This document shows, in pieces, positions 10,701 to 19,886 of a stretch of 36,934 nt of DNA. Every line of letters begins with the position of its first letter. Position 1 is the first letter of the stretch. The notes beneath the pieces were generated by a model. It saw nothing but the letters and a program-made list of their open reading frames with translations, had not been told where the DNA came from and made no database searches. A program made the position numbers and the translations under genes. Source of the DNA: Leptolyngbyaceae cyanobacterium (GTDB lineage Bacteria; Cyanobacteriota; Cyanobacteriia; Phormidesmidales; Phormidesmidaceae); NCBI GenBank assembly GCA_050331235.1, contig JBHJHA010000022.1, forward strand, positions 1 to 36,934. Direction: 5' to 3'.

Positions 10701-11798
10701 CAGAGACAATAGGCAGAGGGCAATGGTAGTACGTTTATTGGCGTTGATTTGGGCAATGAAGTCGACTTCCGGAATGACGGTGACAACTAACCAATGGATG
10801 CCACGGTCATCGTTGAACGGGTGGATCTGTAAATAGTGGTAAGCGTCGTCAATCTGGAAGCGAGTTTGGAATGGTTGGGTAATGGATGAATAGGGCCCTA
10901 CGTGCTGCTGGATGTATTGACTGGTAAGTCGAGTTATCCGATTTTGGCTGTTGCTAGCCGATAGCCGTTTACCCATGGCTTGCGCTGCTATCGCTGGTTT
11001 GGCTCCAACTATAGTTTCCGCCGTGGAGGTTGCAACTAACAAACCCGTGGGCTCGACGATAAAACTTTGCCCTACTTTGCCGGCTTTGCTGACCTTGAGA
11101 TAGTCGCTGATTTCAGCTAGATGCACCAAGCTATATAGGACGGCCGTTAACCGATTCTCCTCGGTGTAGATCGGGTAAACCGCACTGATGGTGAGGCTGG
11201 GGTGGGAGATGCGGGCAAAAATATCCGACCAAGCCTGCTTTTTTGTGGCGATCGCCCGTTGATACCAGGGGCGACCAGTCGGGTCAAAGTGGGACGTAGT
11301 CTTGAGTAAATCGAGGGGTTGTCCTGCCGCATCCACTTCGTAGGTGTGCATGTGGTAGCCGGTTTGCTCGTTGACGATTCGAACGACGCCGGTCGAATTT
11401 TCGACGGAGCTTACGGCCAAGACCTCCCCTTGGGGATTGCCTAACCCGAGATCGGTCACCGTCGGGCTGAGGTTTACCTGTGCCCAAAAATAATCCCTCA
11501 GGCCATCTAAATCGCGAACGTTGATATGGCCCAACTTGAGCGCAATTTCCGTCCGTTGGTGAATAGCGTGAGGGGCATCTAAAAAGGTGTGAAGTTCTTG
11601 ATCAATGCGATCGCTAATTTCCTCACCCAGCTGAAAAGCCACATTATGAACGGCTTGCTTGCCATTTCGATAGGAAAGATATCCCACTAGCCCTACGGCA
11701 ACGGCAATCTGCACTACAAAAGGCACAATCAGTACTGCCTTTAAGGAAATCTTGGGTGGCCATTGGTTTTGTAGCAGCGCTGCTAGCCTGTTGCACAT
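7773..11798 (-). CDS. Membrane-bound hybrid kinase/diguanylate cyclase: TM-Cache-TM-HAMP-HisKA-HATPase-REC-PAS-PAS-GGDEF
   Basis: Cache motif RPWYQ, FLANTSHELKTPL, NAVKFT, DTGIG, GTGLGL, receiver IVDD...LLDVMMP...KPF, two PAS-like segments, DGLTQVANRR and RYGGEEF. Confidence 0.9.
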   Translation of the reverse strand: MCNRLAALLQNQWPPKISLKAVLIVPFVVQIAVAVGLVGYLSYRNGKQAVHNVAFQLGEEISDRIDQELHTFLDAPHAIHQRTEIALKLGHINVRDLDGLRDYFWAQVNLSPTVTDLGLGNPQGEVLAVSSVENSTGVVRIVNEQTGYHMHTYEVDAAGQPLDLLKTTSHFDPTGRPWYQRAIATKKQAWSDIFARISHPSLTISAVYPIYTEENRLTAVLYSLVHLAEISDYLKVSKAGKVGQSFIVEPTGLLVATSTAETIVGAKPAIAAQAMGKRLSASNSQNRITRLTSQYIQQHVGPYSSITQPFQTRFQIDDAYHYLQIHPFNDDRGIHWLVVTVIPEVDFIAQINANKRTTIALCLLSLGVAILAGAVTTYGIRRTISRLSKAAEDLALGKLDQRVQPSMITETNRLANAFNLMASQLKISFSELEAKNAELQRLDALKDDFLANTSHELKTPLNGMIGLAESMLSGATGNMTQEQQQNLHLIAHSGHRLLNQVNDILDCSRLKYQKLQLYPQWVSVREVVAMVLQLEQRTVAAKPLQLRNRVPADMPLLYVDEHRLQQIIHNLVNNAVKFTPEGIVEVSAQQIEADPLTIAISVADTGIGIPLNKQASIFKAFEQLGHRSHQRPEGTGLGLAIAHQLAALQNGSLEVTSQVNQGSVFTVTLPLVQPETIATFVGATDPPPTTTDIFPDAGNLPGVETHPAQLAEVASPRMDHLDRAHILIVDDDPVNVRVLQNFLKFAGYQLTVAADGPTALAYLEQGLTPDLILLDVMMPGMTGFEVIQTLRQDYDLQQLPILLLSNLNQPQAIALGLELGANDYLAKPFTRDALLARIRTYRQVHQLEAAAIQLTVTHEQQLAQFLDALPVAVVVYNPDKTIFYFNHQAEQLLNGHVIRDLGEAGIAATYQIYRSGTGKLYPEAELPVNQALRGSCAKAEDLEIHQDETVIPCEVMGTPIFDEQGQVEYALMSFQDISQRQRSAQILKNYSQELEDEVKHQTAVLVSINAQLRQEMVEKRRVTQALQQSQAQLRKITDSISAGIAHVDRDRRYRFVNQAYEERCAITTDEIIGKYVWEIIGDIAYQTVKVYIDAVLTGIPQNFDYETDQIDGTTRTINAMLTPDWENGAVVGYFLVFFDVTDRRQLEQSLQQANHQLEALVNLDGLTQVANRRKFDEYLGDVWNMLVRQQEPIALILLDLDYFKRFNDRYGHQQGDDCLIQVAQAAKSVLQRASDLIARYGGEEFAVILPGVDLAGAVLMGERIQTAIETLAIAHADSPVSDIVTVSMGIASTVPIPSKSADRLVGEADNALYRAKGLGRDRLSITLSSTSTKVQPSRHRL

Positions 11799-12041
11799 GG
11801 GGCAGTCAGCTTTTCAGTAAGGTAAGTTGATGTGACGAAGATAGTTCTAGCATGCCCCCTGACTTCAGTTTATTTAAGGTTGTTTTCCTTTTTTAAGGAG
11901 AAATGAAAGTGGCAGGCTAGAGCCAAAGAAATCGATTTTTCTTTACAAATGTTCAGTATTCTTGAAGAAGGGATTTCTGATGTGGGTTGCCGTTTTTTAG
12001 GGCAACCCCAGGTTCAAAAGCATATCGGTGAGGGGAGAAAA

Positions 12042-12827
12042 ATGTTCAAAAAAGTCTTGATTGGCTGCTTGGCGATCGTCTGCATATTAGGCCTGACCAC
12101 ATGGCAAGCCCAGGCCAGCATCGTGACTGAGTCAGTAACGTATGACATTGACGGTCAACCCTTTGAAGGCTACTTTGCGATGAATGAAGGCTTTGGCGAT
12201 AGCCAACCCGTGGTCCTCATTGTCCATGATTGGAATGGCCTTGGTGACTACGAAAAACGGCGAGCGCAAATGCTGGCCGAGCGCGGCTATGCGGCCTTTG
12301 CTGTTGACCTCTACGGGCAAGGAGTCCGCCCGACCAATACGGAAGAATCACGGGCAGAGAGTGGCAAACTGTATAGCGATCGCCCCACCATGCGCCAGCG
12401 GCTTCAAGCTGGTTTAGCGCAAGCTCAAACCATGGCCGGCGTTGACCCTGGCCGGGTAGTTGCCATGGGATACTGCTTTGGCGGTGCCGCCGTTCTCGAA
12501 ATGGCCCGTGCAGGTACTGACATTGATGGGTTTGTCAGTTTTCACGGTGGGCTGGCAACTCCGGAAGGCCAAAGCTATGAGTCCACTGCTGCTCCTATAT
12601 TAGTTTTGCATGGAGGCAACGACCCCGTTGCGCCCATGTCTGAAGTTGCAGCGCTCGCTGATGAGCTCAATGCGGCAAGTGTTGACTACGATATGGAAAT
12701 TTATGGCGGGGTGCTGCATTCCTTTACGGTTTGGGGAGCCGACAGCGACTCCAGTCGGTATAATCCCCAGGCGGATACCCAATCCTGGGATTCACTGCTG
12801 GCCTTTTTAGAGCGTGAAGTCCGGTAA
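12042..12827 (+). CDS. Dienelactone hydrolase family protein with Sec signal peptide
   Basis: Start reassigned to ATG 12042 (GGGGAG upstream; MFKK-hydrophobic-AQA signal). Nucleophile motif GYCFGG, plus HGGNDP and LHSF triad positions. Confidence 0.9.
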   Translation: MFKKVLIGCLAIVCILGLTTWQAQASIVTESVTYDIDGQPFEGYFAMNEGFGDSQPVVLIVHDWNGLGDYEKRRAQMLAERGYAAFAVDLYGQGVRPTNTEESRAESGKLYSDRPTMRQRLQAGLAQAQTMAGVDPGRVVAMGYCFGGAAVLEMARAGTDIDGFVSFHGGLATPEGQSYESTAAPILVLHGGNDPVAPMSEVAALADELNAASVDYDMEIYGGVLHSFTVWGADSDSSRYNPQADTQSWDSLLAFLEREVR

Positions 12828-12924
12828 AGGAAACGCGATGGCAGGGGCTTGGTGACATGTACGCGATTCGGCCGCATCAATCTACCGTGAGCCGTAGTCA
12901 GGTTGGGCACTTTCAATTGTTGCA

Positions 12925-12966
12925 GTGCTGGGTCCAAGGGGTCGGAAAGAACCTTGGACCCAGCAC
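12925..12966. terminator. Strong GC-rich hairpin between convergent genes (candidate bidirectional terminator or stabiliser)
   Basis: GTGCTGGGTCCAAGG / CCTTGGACCCAGCAC is a perfect 15-bp inverted repeat with a 12-nt loop. There is no clear U-tract. Confidence 0.55.
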
Positions 12967-13129
12967 CTTATGCCTCTCTGCCATCGCTGCTTTTCTCAAT
13001 GGCAGTCATGGACAGTTATAGGCAATTGCTTCCAGCCCTATCTCAGATGCAGCCGCTGCTCATACCCGAACCCCGGATACAACTCGGTAGCCAGGCCAGG
13101 GTTGATGGTCTGTTCCTGCGCTCGTCCCG

Positions 13130-13687
13130 TTAGACGGTCATAATGTCCTTTTCTTTCGCTTTCAGGGCTTCGTCAATTTGAGTTGTGTACTTGTCCGTCA
13201 AGGACTGCACTTGGTCTTGCAGGTCGCGAAATTCATCTTCTGAGATTTCACTGTCCTTTTCCTGCTTGCGGAATAGGTCGATGCCGTCACGGCGCACATT
13301 TCTGACTGAGACCCGGCCTTCCTCGGCGTATTTGCTAGCCACTTTGACAAACTCTTGACGACGCTCATTAGTCAATGGCGGAATATTTAATCGAATGACT
13401 TTGCCGTCATTGTTGGGAACCAGCCCAATATCAGACATGGAAATTGACCGCTCAATACCGCTCAGAGAGCTCGGGTCAAAGGGCTGAATCATCAGTGTGC
13501 TGGAATCAGGTGTACTGATGTTGGCCAGCGATTTGAGGGGCGTTGGGCTCCCGTAATAGTCCACCATGACTTTATCTAGCAAAGAGGCACTGGCCCGCCC
13601 CGTGCGGATGGTGTTGAATGCGCGTTTGGTGGCATCCACCGCATTTTGCATGGCCAGTTCGATATCACTTAAGTCAGCTAACTTCAC
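13130..13687 (-). CDS. frr: Ribosome recycling factor
   Basis: [35 protein letters not shown] and [10 protein letters not shown]. The GTG start at 13687 overlaps the pyrH end by 14 nt. Confidence 0.97.
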   Translation of the reverse strand: MKLADLSDIELAMQNAVDATKRAFNTIRTGRASASLLDKVMVDYYGSPTPLKSLANISTPDSSTLMIQPFDPSSLSGIERSISMSDIGLVPNNDGKVIRLNIPPLTNERRQEFVKVASKYAEEGRVSVRNVRRDGIDLFRKQEKDSEISEDEFRDLQDQVQSLTDKYTTQIDEALKAKEKDIMTV

Positions 13688-14402
13688 AGGACTCTCCCAC
13701 AATTGTGCCGATTGATTCTCCCATCACAGCCCGGCGAATGTTACCCGGCACGGATAGGTCAAATACCATAATAGGAATATTGTTATCTTTGCACAGGGCG
13801 ATCGCCGTGCCATCCATCACTTTGAGGTCATGGGCAAGGACGTGGCCATAGGTGAGACTCTGAAACCGTTTAGCATTTGGATTGGTCTTGGGGTCAGCAT
13901 CATAGACCCCATCCACCTTGGTTCCCTTAAAGACGACATCAGCGCCGATCTCTGCGGCTCTCAAAGCCGCTGTGGTGTCTGTGGTAAAAAAGGGATTACC
14001 TGAGCCGGCTCCAAAAATGACGACCCGTTTCTTTTCCAGATGACGGATGGCCCGTCGGCGAATATAAGGTTCCGCCACCTCTTGCATCGTAATGGCTGTT
14101 TGTACTCGGGTAGGTATGCCGTTGCGCTCGATCGCATCCTGCAGGGTCATGGCATTCATTACTGTCGCCAGCATGCCGATGTAATCGGCGGTGGCTCGGT
14201 CCATCCCGGCAGCCGAACCTTTTATCCCTCTAAAAATATTGCCACCGCCGACGACGATGGCAATTTGAATTCCGTTATTGACGACCGTGGTAATTTCTTC
14301 GGCAATGGATTGAACGATATTCGGATCGATGCCATAGGTGAGCTGCCCCATCAGGGCCTCCCCGCTGAGCTTTAGTAATACGCGCTGATAAGTATTGCCC
14401 AT
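13674..14402 (-). CDS. pyrH: Uridylate kinase
   Basis: [29 protein letters not shown] and [18 protein letters not shown]. Confidence 0.98.
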   Translation of the reverse strand: MGNTYQRVLLKLSGEALMGQLTYGIDPNIVQSIAEEITTVVNNGIQIAIVVGGGNIFRGIKGSAAGMDRATADYIGMLATVMNAMTLQDAIERNGIPTRVQTAITMQEVAEPYIRRRAIRHLEKKRVVIFGAGSGNPFFTTDTTAALRAAEIGADVVFKGTKVDGVYDADPKTNPNAKRFQSLTYGHVLAHDLKVMDGTAIALCKDNNIPIMVFDLSVPGNIRRAVMGESIGTIVGESCEVS

Positions 14403-14756
14403 TTAGTGTGTACCCAGTTCACATCACCAGGATTCCCCATACATCTAATCATATTTGGGCAAGATTGGGCCGATGTTTTATGCAGAAATCACGATCGCGG
14501 TTCAGCCGTTGGCTATGAAGAGCGACCTCAGGCAAAATTTTGAATTTTGTCCTTTAAATGTGATAAGTCAACATAAATAGCCGTCAAAAATTTATACTTT
14601 CTCGACATCAATGTCGATATCAATGGGTGATTAATGTGGTTGCAGAGATGTGGCCGCCCATTAGCTTAGTCAGATGAAACCTATGGATCAACAGCATCGA
14701 CCAGTAATGAGTAGGGTCAGGCAAAAAGAGCGATCGCAGCCAGGGGCAATAGGTTT

Positions 14757-15683
14757 CTACAGCACTAAATCTTGATGGCGGCGACTGCCATATAGGTGAG
14801 CATAGATGTATGACATCACGCACCCCAAGAAAAAAACTTGACAGGTTAAGTAAATCCAAAGCAGCAAAATCATCACTCCACCAATTGCACCATAGGATTG
14901 ATATTGCCCACCGATATGAACCACATTGCGACTGACTAATTGCTGCAAACCGATTAGCAAAGCGGTAGTGAATAAAGTGCCCAGCCAAAGATCCTTCCAA
15001 GGCGTCACTGTAGACGGTAAAAATCGGAAAAGTAACAAAACTGCCACGGCTACTAATAAGAAAGAGGAGCCAATTTGTAGGGTCTTAGCAATTAAAAGAC
15101 TATCGACTTGGACAAACGTTATCGTTCGATCCATGTTTTCGATGACACCAATCACCGTGCGGATGGCAAGATTGGCCAACAGAGACAGCAGTAACAGCAT
15201 GGAGGTACTCATAACCAGGGCAAATGCCACGAGTTTTTTGAGCAAGATTGATGCGGTGCTGGACATGAGAGACGTCGATTCAGAATCTGTAACTTCAGCT
15301 TTCCAAATGCGGTCGACTGAGCGATCAAGAGCGCTAAATACGCTGCTTGCTGCAAAAAAGGAAAGCCCAAAGCCAATGATTCCGGCCCCGATGCTTTGCT
15401 GATTAAGATTGAGCAGGGTGTCTTGAACAATGCCAAAGGCTTCAGGGGGAAAAGAATCCTGCGTAAAGTTCAAAATCTTTTGAGCCACGTCAGTTTCGGG
15501 CCCGAGTAGAAATCCTAAAACACTCGCAATCACTAGAGCGATGGGAAATAGAGAGAACAGCGCGTAGTAAGACAGCGCTGCTCCCATTTCTAAGCACTTG
15601 TCTTTTTGCCACTTAAGCCCCGTTTTGACTAAGAGCTGTACTCCCTTATGGGGCAATACCTTCGAATTAAAAAAAGACCACAT
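14757..15683 (-). CDS. YihY/virulence factor BrkB family membrane protein
   Basis: GAALSYYALFSLFP, multiple TM helices and YGAIGGVMILLLWIY. ATG 15683 is preferred over TTG 15761. Confidence 0.9.
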   Translation of the reverse strand: MWSFFNSKVLPHKGVQLLVKTGLKWQKDKCLEMGAALSYYALFSLFPIALVIASVLGFLLGPETDVAQKILNFTQDSFPPEAFGIVQDTLLNLNQQSIGAGIIGFGLSFFAASSVFSALDRSVDRIWKAEVTDSESTSLMSSTASILLKKLVAFALVMSTSMLLLLSLLANLAIRTVIGVIENMDRTITFVQVDSLLIAKTLQIGSSFLLVAVAVLLLFRFLPSTVTPWKDLWLGTLFTTALLIGLQQLVSRNVVHIGGQYQSYGAIGGVMILLLWIYLTCQVFFLGCVMSYIYAHLYGSRRHQDLVL

Positions 15684-15842
15684 TGTCAGTTTTGAATCTC
15701 TCGAAATCGCCTTTATAGTATCGCTGGCAGCTTTGCCTAACGGAAAGAAAATCTGCGGCAAAAGCTGTCCGGCAACTAACTCAGGGAGTTCGGGTCGTCC
15801 TAGCCAGAGAAAAACGAAAACATCTCAGCAAGGACCCGGAAC

Positions 15843-16103
15843 TTAGAGTTTTGGTTGTTGGTCTTGGGGCGATGGCAGAGACAGATCCGTTGTCAATACC
15901 GACTCAGCCATCAAGCGGGGATAAATCAGGATGAAAAAGCCCATCCACGCGGTAATGGGCAGGGCTATGAGGCCAGTCAACCAATAGCGGTGAAACAGGA
16001 GCCAACTGCCGCTGATAACGGTGATTCCGGTTAGCAAAATTGACCAAGGCTGACACCACCGAGGCTTATGCTGCCAAACGGAAAATTGAGAAGATTGCGG
16101 CAT
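15843..16103 (-). CDS. Small two-TM cyanobacterial membrane protein (DUF6737-like)
   Basis: SVWQHKPRWCQPWSILLTG motif plus two hydrophobic segments and W..F...YP. The family name is from recall. Confidence 0.7.
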   Translation of the reverse strand: MPQSSQFSVWQHKPRWCQPWSILLTGITVISGSWLLFHRYWLTGLIALPITAWMGFFILIYPRLMAESVLTTDLSLPSPQDQQPKL

Positions 16104-16148
16104 GATGGAGGCGATCTCGGAACATCGTTATTGTAAGCAATCGATGGG

Positions 16149-17186
16149 CTAAATCCCCTTGTAAATTATTTTTTCGCTCATTTGCACAGGCGATGGGGGT
16201 GGGGGCGGCGGTGTCGCCTGAGTCAGCTTTCGCACCCCAATTTGGTTAAATATAATGCCTACGACAATCACCGCACCGCCAACATACTGAGCGCGGGTGG
16301 GCACCTCTCCCAAAATCAGGAAGGCTGCCAGCACCCCAGCAATGGGCGTAAATGCCGTCGCCAATGAAATTTCGCTAGCGCTGCTTTGCTTGAGGCCGGT
16401 AAACCAGGCGAGCTGACCGCCAACAACGATGACAGCGCTGTACAGCAACATCCAGCGCCAGAGAAAGGGGGAGGTGACATCCATAAAGTGGCTGAAATCA
16501 AGCAGGATCACCGTGGCTACAAAAAAGACCACCGTACCCACCAGCATTCGATAGACGTTAAAAATGCCTAGCGGGATTGCTTGCAGGCTCACTTTACTGA
16601 TGAGGTTAGATATCGCTTTGAAAACTGCTGCTAATAGAGTTAAAAACTCGCCGCGGCCAATTTGCAGCCCGGCCCCCATGCTCACCACGTCGGCGCCGGG
16701 AGACGGCAGCAGCACCGTGAGCGCGACCCCCATGAAGGAGATGACGGCGCCCGCCACGACCCAAGCGTTGACGCGATCGCCCAGTAGCAAAACCGATAGA
16801 GCCAGCACCAGTGGTGTGTCAATCTGTCCCACCAAAATGACATTATTGACTGAGGTGATCGTTAGTGCTGTAAAAATCAGCATCGGTACAATGGCAGCGC
16901 TCAAGACAGCAATTAGCGTTACGATGCCCCACTGTCTCGCAGAGATCTTGTTGAGCCTGGCTGGGCGTAGCTGCTGCTGATATATCGCCAGTAACAGACC
17001 GAGGGCACACACATTGCCTACAAACAAGACATTGCAAAAAGAAACGGGATTGTGCCCATCGACAAAGTTGGCTGCCCCCAAGTCGGTGAGGCGGCGAGTC
17101 ACTGAATTAGCTGCACCAAAAATGAGAATGGCGATCATCAGATACGCCCGCCCCGACAGTGGTAACGCTTTTCTGCGGCTTCCCAT
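16149..17186 (-). CDS. DMT/EamA family transporter
   Basis: About 10 TM helices in two EamA repeats (LLLGDRV...; LILGEVPT..QYVGGAVI). Confidence 0.88.
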   Translation of the reverse strand: MGSRRKALPLSGRAYLMIAILIFGAANSVTRRLTDLGAANFVDGHNPVSFCNVLFVGNVCALGLLLAIYQQQLRPARLNKISARQWGIVTLIAVLSAAIVPMLIFTALTITSVNNVILVGQIDTPLVLALSVLLLGDRVNAWVVAGAVISFMGVALTVLLPSPGADVVSMGAGLQIGRGEFLTLLAAVFKAISNLISKVSLQAIPLGIFNVYRMLVGTVVFFVATVILLDFSHFMDVTSPFLWRWMLLYSAVIVVGGQLAWFTGLKQSSASEISLATAFTPIAGVLAAFLILGEVPTRAQYVGGAVIVVGIIFNQIGVRKLTQATPPPPPPSPVQMSEKIIYKGI

Positions 17187-17217
17187 ATTCAAATAACTCT
17201 AGGGTAATGCAACACGG

Positions 17218-17239
17218 GCTTGGAGCGATCGCTCCAAGC
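17218..17239. repeat. Perfect 22-bp palindrome centred on a HIP1 site
   Basis: GCTTGGAGCGATCGCTCCAAGC is its own reverse complement. Confidence 0.9.
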
Positions 17240-17348
17240 TCATCCCGACCATACTCATTGCGAGCAATTTGTTGATGAAAGCTTTGTGAGAATTTAGCCT
17301 TTCACGTCAGTAAACACCTATGCGGCATACGCTTAGAAATTGAACGGC

Positions 17349-18155
17349 TTAGTCGACCCAGCCAATTTCTTCATCCGAAAGCATTTTGTTTTTTTGGCCA
17401 CCGTGGTCGATGGCATAGTCCGGAATGTTTTTGTGGGCAGGCAATCGACGACCGCGATAGATATCACCCGTGTTGGATTTGCGGACTGGGAGACGTTGCC
17501 CGCGATAGATGTCACCGCCGCCAGGCGGTAGCTTAACGGTCAGAGCTGGCTTTTCTTCCAGCTCAGGAGCGCCTGTCGAGGCGGGGGGCGGGGGTGTTTC
17601 TGTTGCAGGGGCAGACTCAGATGCAGGGGTCGGCTCTGCGGTTTCGGCCATTTTAAGGATGACAGCCTTAGCGTCGTCGAGCTCTTGGGTGACTTTTTGC
17701 AGCTTGTTGTTGTCCGCTTTGGCCGCCTTTTGGGCTTTCTCTAGACTATCCTTGAGCTCAAAAATGCGATCTTGTTGCTTGGTGAGGTCCTCTTGTAGCC
17801 CTTGAACTTTTTTTTCCAGAGTAGCTTCTTTTTTATGTGCGGTTTCGAGGTTTGCCTTGAGTTCGCCAACCTGGGCTTCAAGATCGGCCTTAGTCACGTT
17901 GCGACGACTGGGGGATCGCTTGGTTGACGTTGCCGCAGAGGTTGATTTGCGGGTCCCTCTCGCTTTGGTTGATTGAGTAGCCGTCTTGCTTGCCGCGGTT
18001 GACTTTTGGGTCCGCGAAGTCTGACTGGAGGAAGGTTGAGCGGTTGAGGCGGATGATGTCACTGCCGTTGCCTCGTCGGCTTTGGTTGACTCTGCCGGCT
18101 CCTGGGGACCGTTGGCCTCTGCTTTCAGCAAGTCAGATAGATTTTTCTTAGTCAT
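17349..18155 (-). CDS. mcdB: McdB-like carboxysome positioning adaptor (type 2)
   Basis: Charged N-terminus [13 protein letters not shown], long S/T/K-rich disordered region, central coiled coil (KADLEAQV...AVILKM) and Trp near the C-terminus (IGWVD*). Overlaps the ParA-family gene by ATGA. Confidence 0.78.
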   Translation of the reverse strand: MTKKNLSDLLKAEANGPQEPAESTKADEATAVTSSASTAQPSSSQTSRTQKSTAASKTATQSTKARGTRKSTSAATSTKRSPSRRNVTKADLEAQVGELKANLETAHKKEATLEKKVQGLQEDLTKQQDRIFELKDSLEKAQKAAKADNNKLQKVTQELDDAKAVILKMAETAEPTPASESAPATETPPPPASTGAPELEEKPALTVKLPPGGGDIYRGQRLPVRKSNTGDIYRGRRLPAHKNIPDYAIDHGGQKNKMLSDEEIGWVD

Positions 18156-18811
18156 GATGGGCTCCAGTCTTGCTGTATTTCTTCGGCAACACGGTAGTAG
18201 TCAGCTTTGGCTTCTTGGACATTGGCTCCACGCCACTGGCTGATGGGTACTCCCTCGAGGGCTGCCCGCTCATGGGCCTTATAGGTACGGATGACTGCTT
18301 CGCAAGCAGGAATTTCGAGGGCATTAAGGGTCTGCTGAGCTTCGATCGCCTCGGCCATGCTGCGAGAATCTACCTTGGTGAGCAAAACTCGATGGGACAC
18401 CCCAGCCGGTGCGATCGCGGTCTTGATTGTGTTGATCAGTGCTGCGAGATCTATGGGGGCTGGCGGTGTTGGCAACAAGATATAGTCAGCCACGGGAATG
18501 ACCGCTGCTAACGCGTCTGAATTCAAGGCTGGAGGGGTATCCACCACGATGAGAGAATAATCGTCTACCTTCTTTAGTTTGCCTAGAAGGGTCGCATCTG
18601 TCTCCTGTGTGATATCAAACGTCATGGGCTGAGCCGCATGAGTGACCCACCAGCTAGCCGAGGCTTGGGGGTCAGCGTCGACCAATAGTACCGGTCGAGA
18701 CTCAGATAAAATGGCCGCCATATTGACCGCAGTGGTCGTTTTGCCGACGCCACCCTTGCCATTGAGAATGGCTAATACCTGGGGAGATGAGCCCTTGCGT
18801 CTCGCTGCCAA
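18152..18811 (-). CDS. mcdA: ParA/MinD-family ATPase, McdA-like (type 2)
   Basis: Deviant Walker [15 protein letters not shown] followed by WW, VVDTPP. TTG start with AAGGAG RBS. No parB nearby. Confidence 0.8.
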   Translation of the reverse strand: MAARRKGSSPQVLAILNGKGGVGKTTTAVNMAAILSESRPVLLVDADPQASASWWVTHAAQPMTFDITQETDATLLGKLKKVDDYSLIVVDTPPALNSDALAAVIPVADYILLPTPPAPIDLAALINTIKTAIAPAGVSHRVLLTKVDSRSMAEAIEAQQTLNALEIPACEAVIRTYKAHERAALEGVPISQWRGANVQEAKADYYRVAEEIQQDWSPS

Positions 18812-19103
18812 GGCAATACTCCTTACTTTTGGGGATGCGGGAGCACTGACCTGTGGTGAGCAGTATCAGACTCAGAACAGCATGACTATATCGTATTCGC
18901 GAAAATATCGGTCAAACTTGCCACAACTATTGAAACTTGGGATCCATAGCAGCGACTTGTGGAGCCGTTATTCGCAGGGGGCTGTGGTCATTCAGCATCG
19001 TATGCTCTCAGACTCGATCAATGCAGGGCGATCGCCCAACTTTGGCAAGCTTTCGCGACCGCCCTGCACAGCGATCTTATCTAGCCGTGGGTGCACTACT
19101 GGG

Positions 19104-19886
19104 CTAAATGTGAATCCAGCCAAACCAAGACAGCACTATGCTCAATAGGATCAAACTCGTCAGAGCGGCTCCGGTCACCGCTACGCCACCCGCAATGCGG
19201 CGAGCCAAAGGCGGATAGGGTGGCTTTTGCCACTGCCAGCGCGTCGGTGCTGGCTGCGACGACCAGCGATAGCCTCCGGGTACCTGACTCCGCTCAAAGT
19301 CATTGCCGATCGCCTTGAGCTGCTGGAGGTGATCTTCGGCATAACGCGGCATGTGGGCAAAGGTGACGGCACCTTGGTCCCGCTGGGGCAAAATCCGGCG
19401 ACGCTGATAAGGCACCGTCATTTCGCCAAACGTCTCTAGATATTCATCGCTATCGAGCAGCTCATCCACAAAGCCACTCAGACCTTGGGTGCCAATCACG
19501 ATGGACCGAGAGATCACCTCGCGATCGTTATAAGGTTCGCGACCGAGTACGCGCTGAATGCACATACGAGCAAAGCGATAATTATTGTTTGTATCGAAGT
19601 TGCGCTCACGAAAGGTGTTAGATAAGAGCAGCCCCCGAATAAAGTCTTTGACTGTAATTTGTCCGCGTTTTAGCTGTGATTCCTGGTCCCGAAGCCGGTT
19701 GCTTGCCAACAATTGCTGCTCATTAAAAATTTGTCGGTAAGCGGCTTGAATCAAATCATCTAAGTCGCTTCGGTCAAGGGCGTTTTCCGTTGAAAAAATG
19801 AAGGGCTGTTCATCTCCAGGAATTTCGAATCCGTTAACGCGATGATTTTGACTGCTCAACCCATAGTTCAACTGCTGAAGAACCAC
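19104..19886 (-). CDS. cpcL: Phycobilisome rod-membrane linker (CpcL/CpcG2 type)
   Basis: PBS linker domain (SQNHRV.GFE, LIQAAYRQIF, ESQL..GQITVKDFIRGL, QRVLGR, VPYQRRRILP) plus a C-terminal hydrophobic helix. GTG start with AGGAGG RBS. Confidence 0.85.
   Translation of the reverse strand: MVLQQLNYGLSSQNHRVNGFEIPGDEQPFIFSTENALDRSDLDDLIQAAYRQIFNEQQLLASNRLRDQESQLKRGQITVKDFIRGLLLSNTFRERNFDTNNNYRFARMCIQRVLGREPYNDREVISRSIVIGTQGLSGFVDELLDSDEYLETFGEMTVPYQRRRILPQRDQGAVTFAHMPRYAEDHLQQLKAIGNDFERSQVPGGYRWSSQPAPTRWQWQKPPYPPLARRIAGGVAVTGAALTSLILLSIVLSWFGWIHI

Noticed and set aside
18152..18811. Chromosome/plasmid partition ParA (Soj) interpretation
   Set aside because: No parB or recognisable parS. The WW motif and the Trp-tailed coiled-coil partner fit McdAB better.
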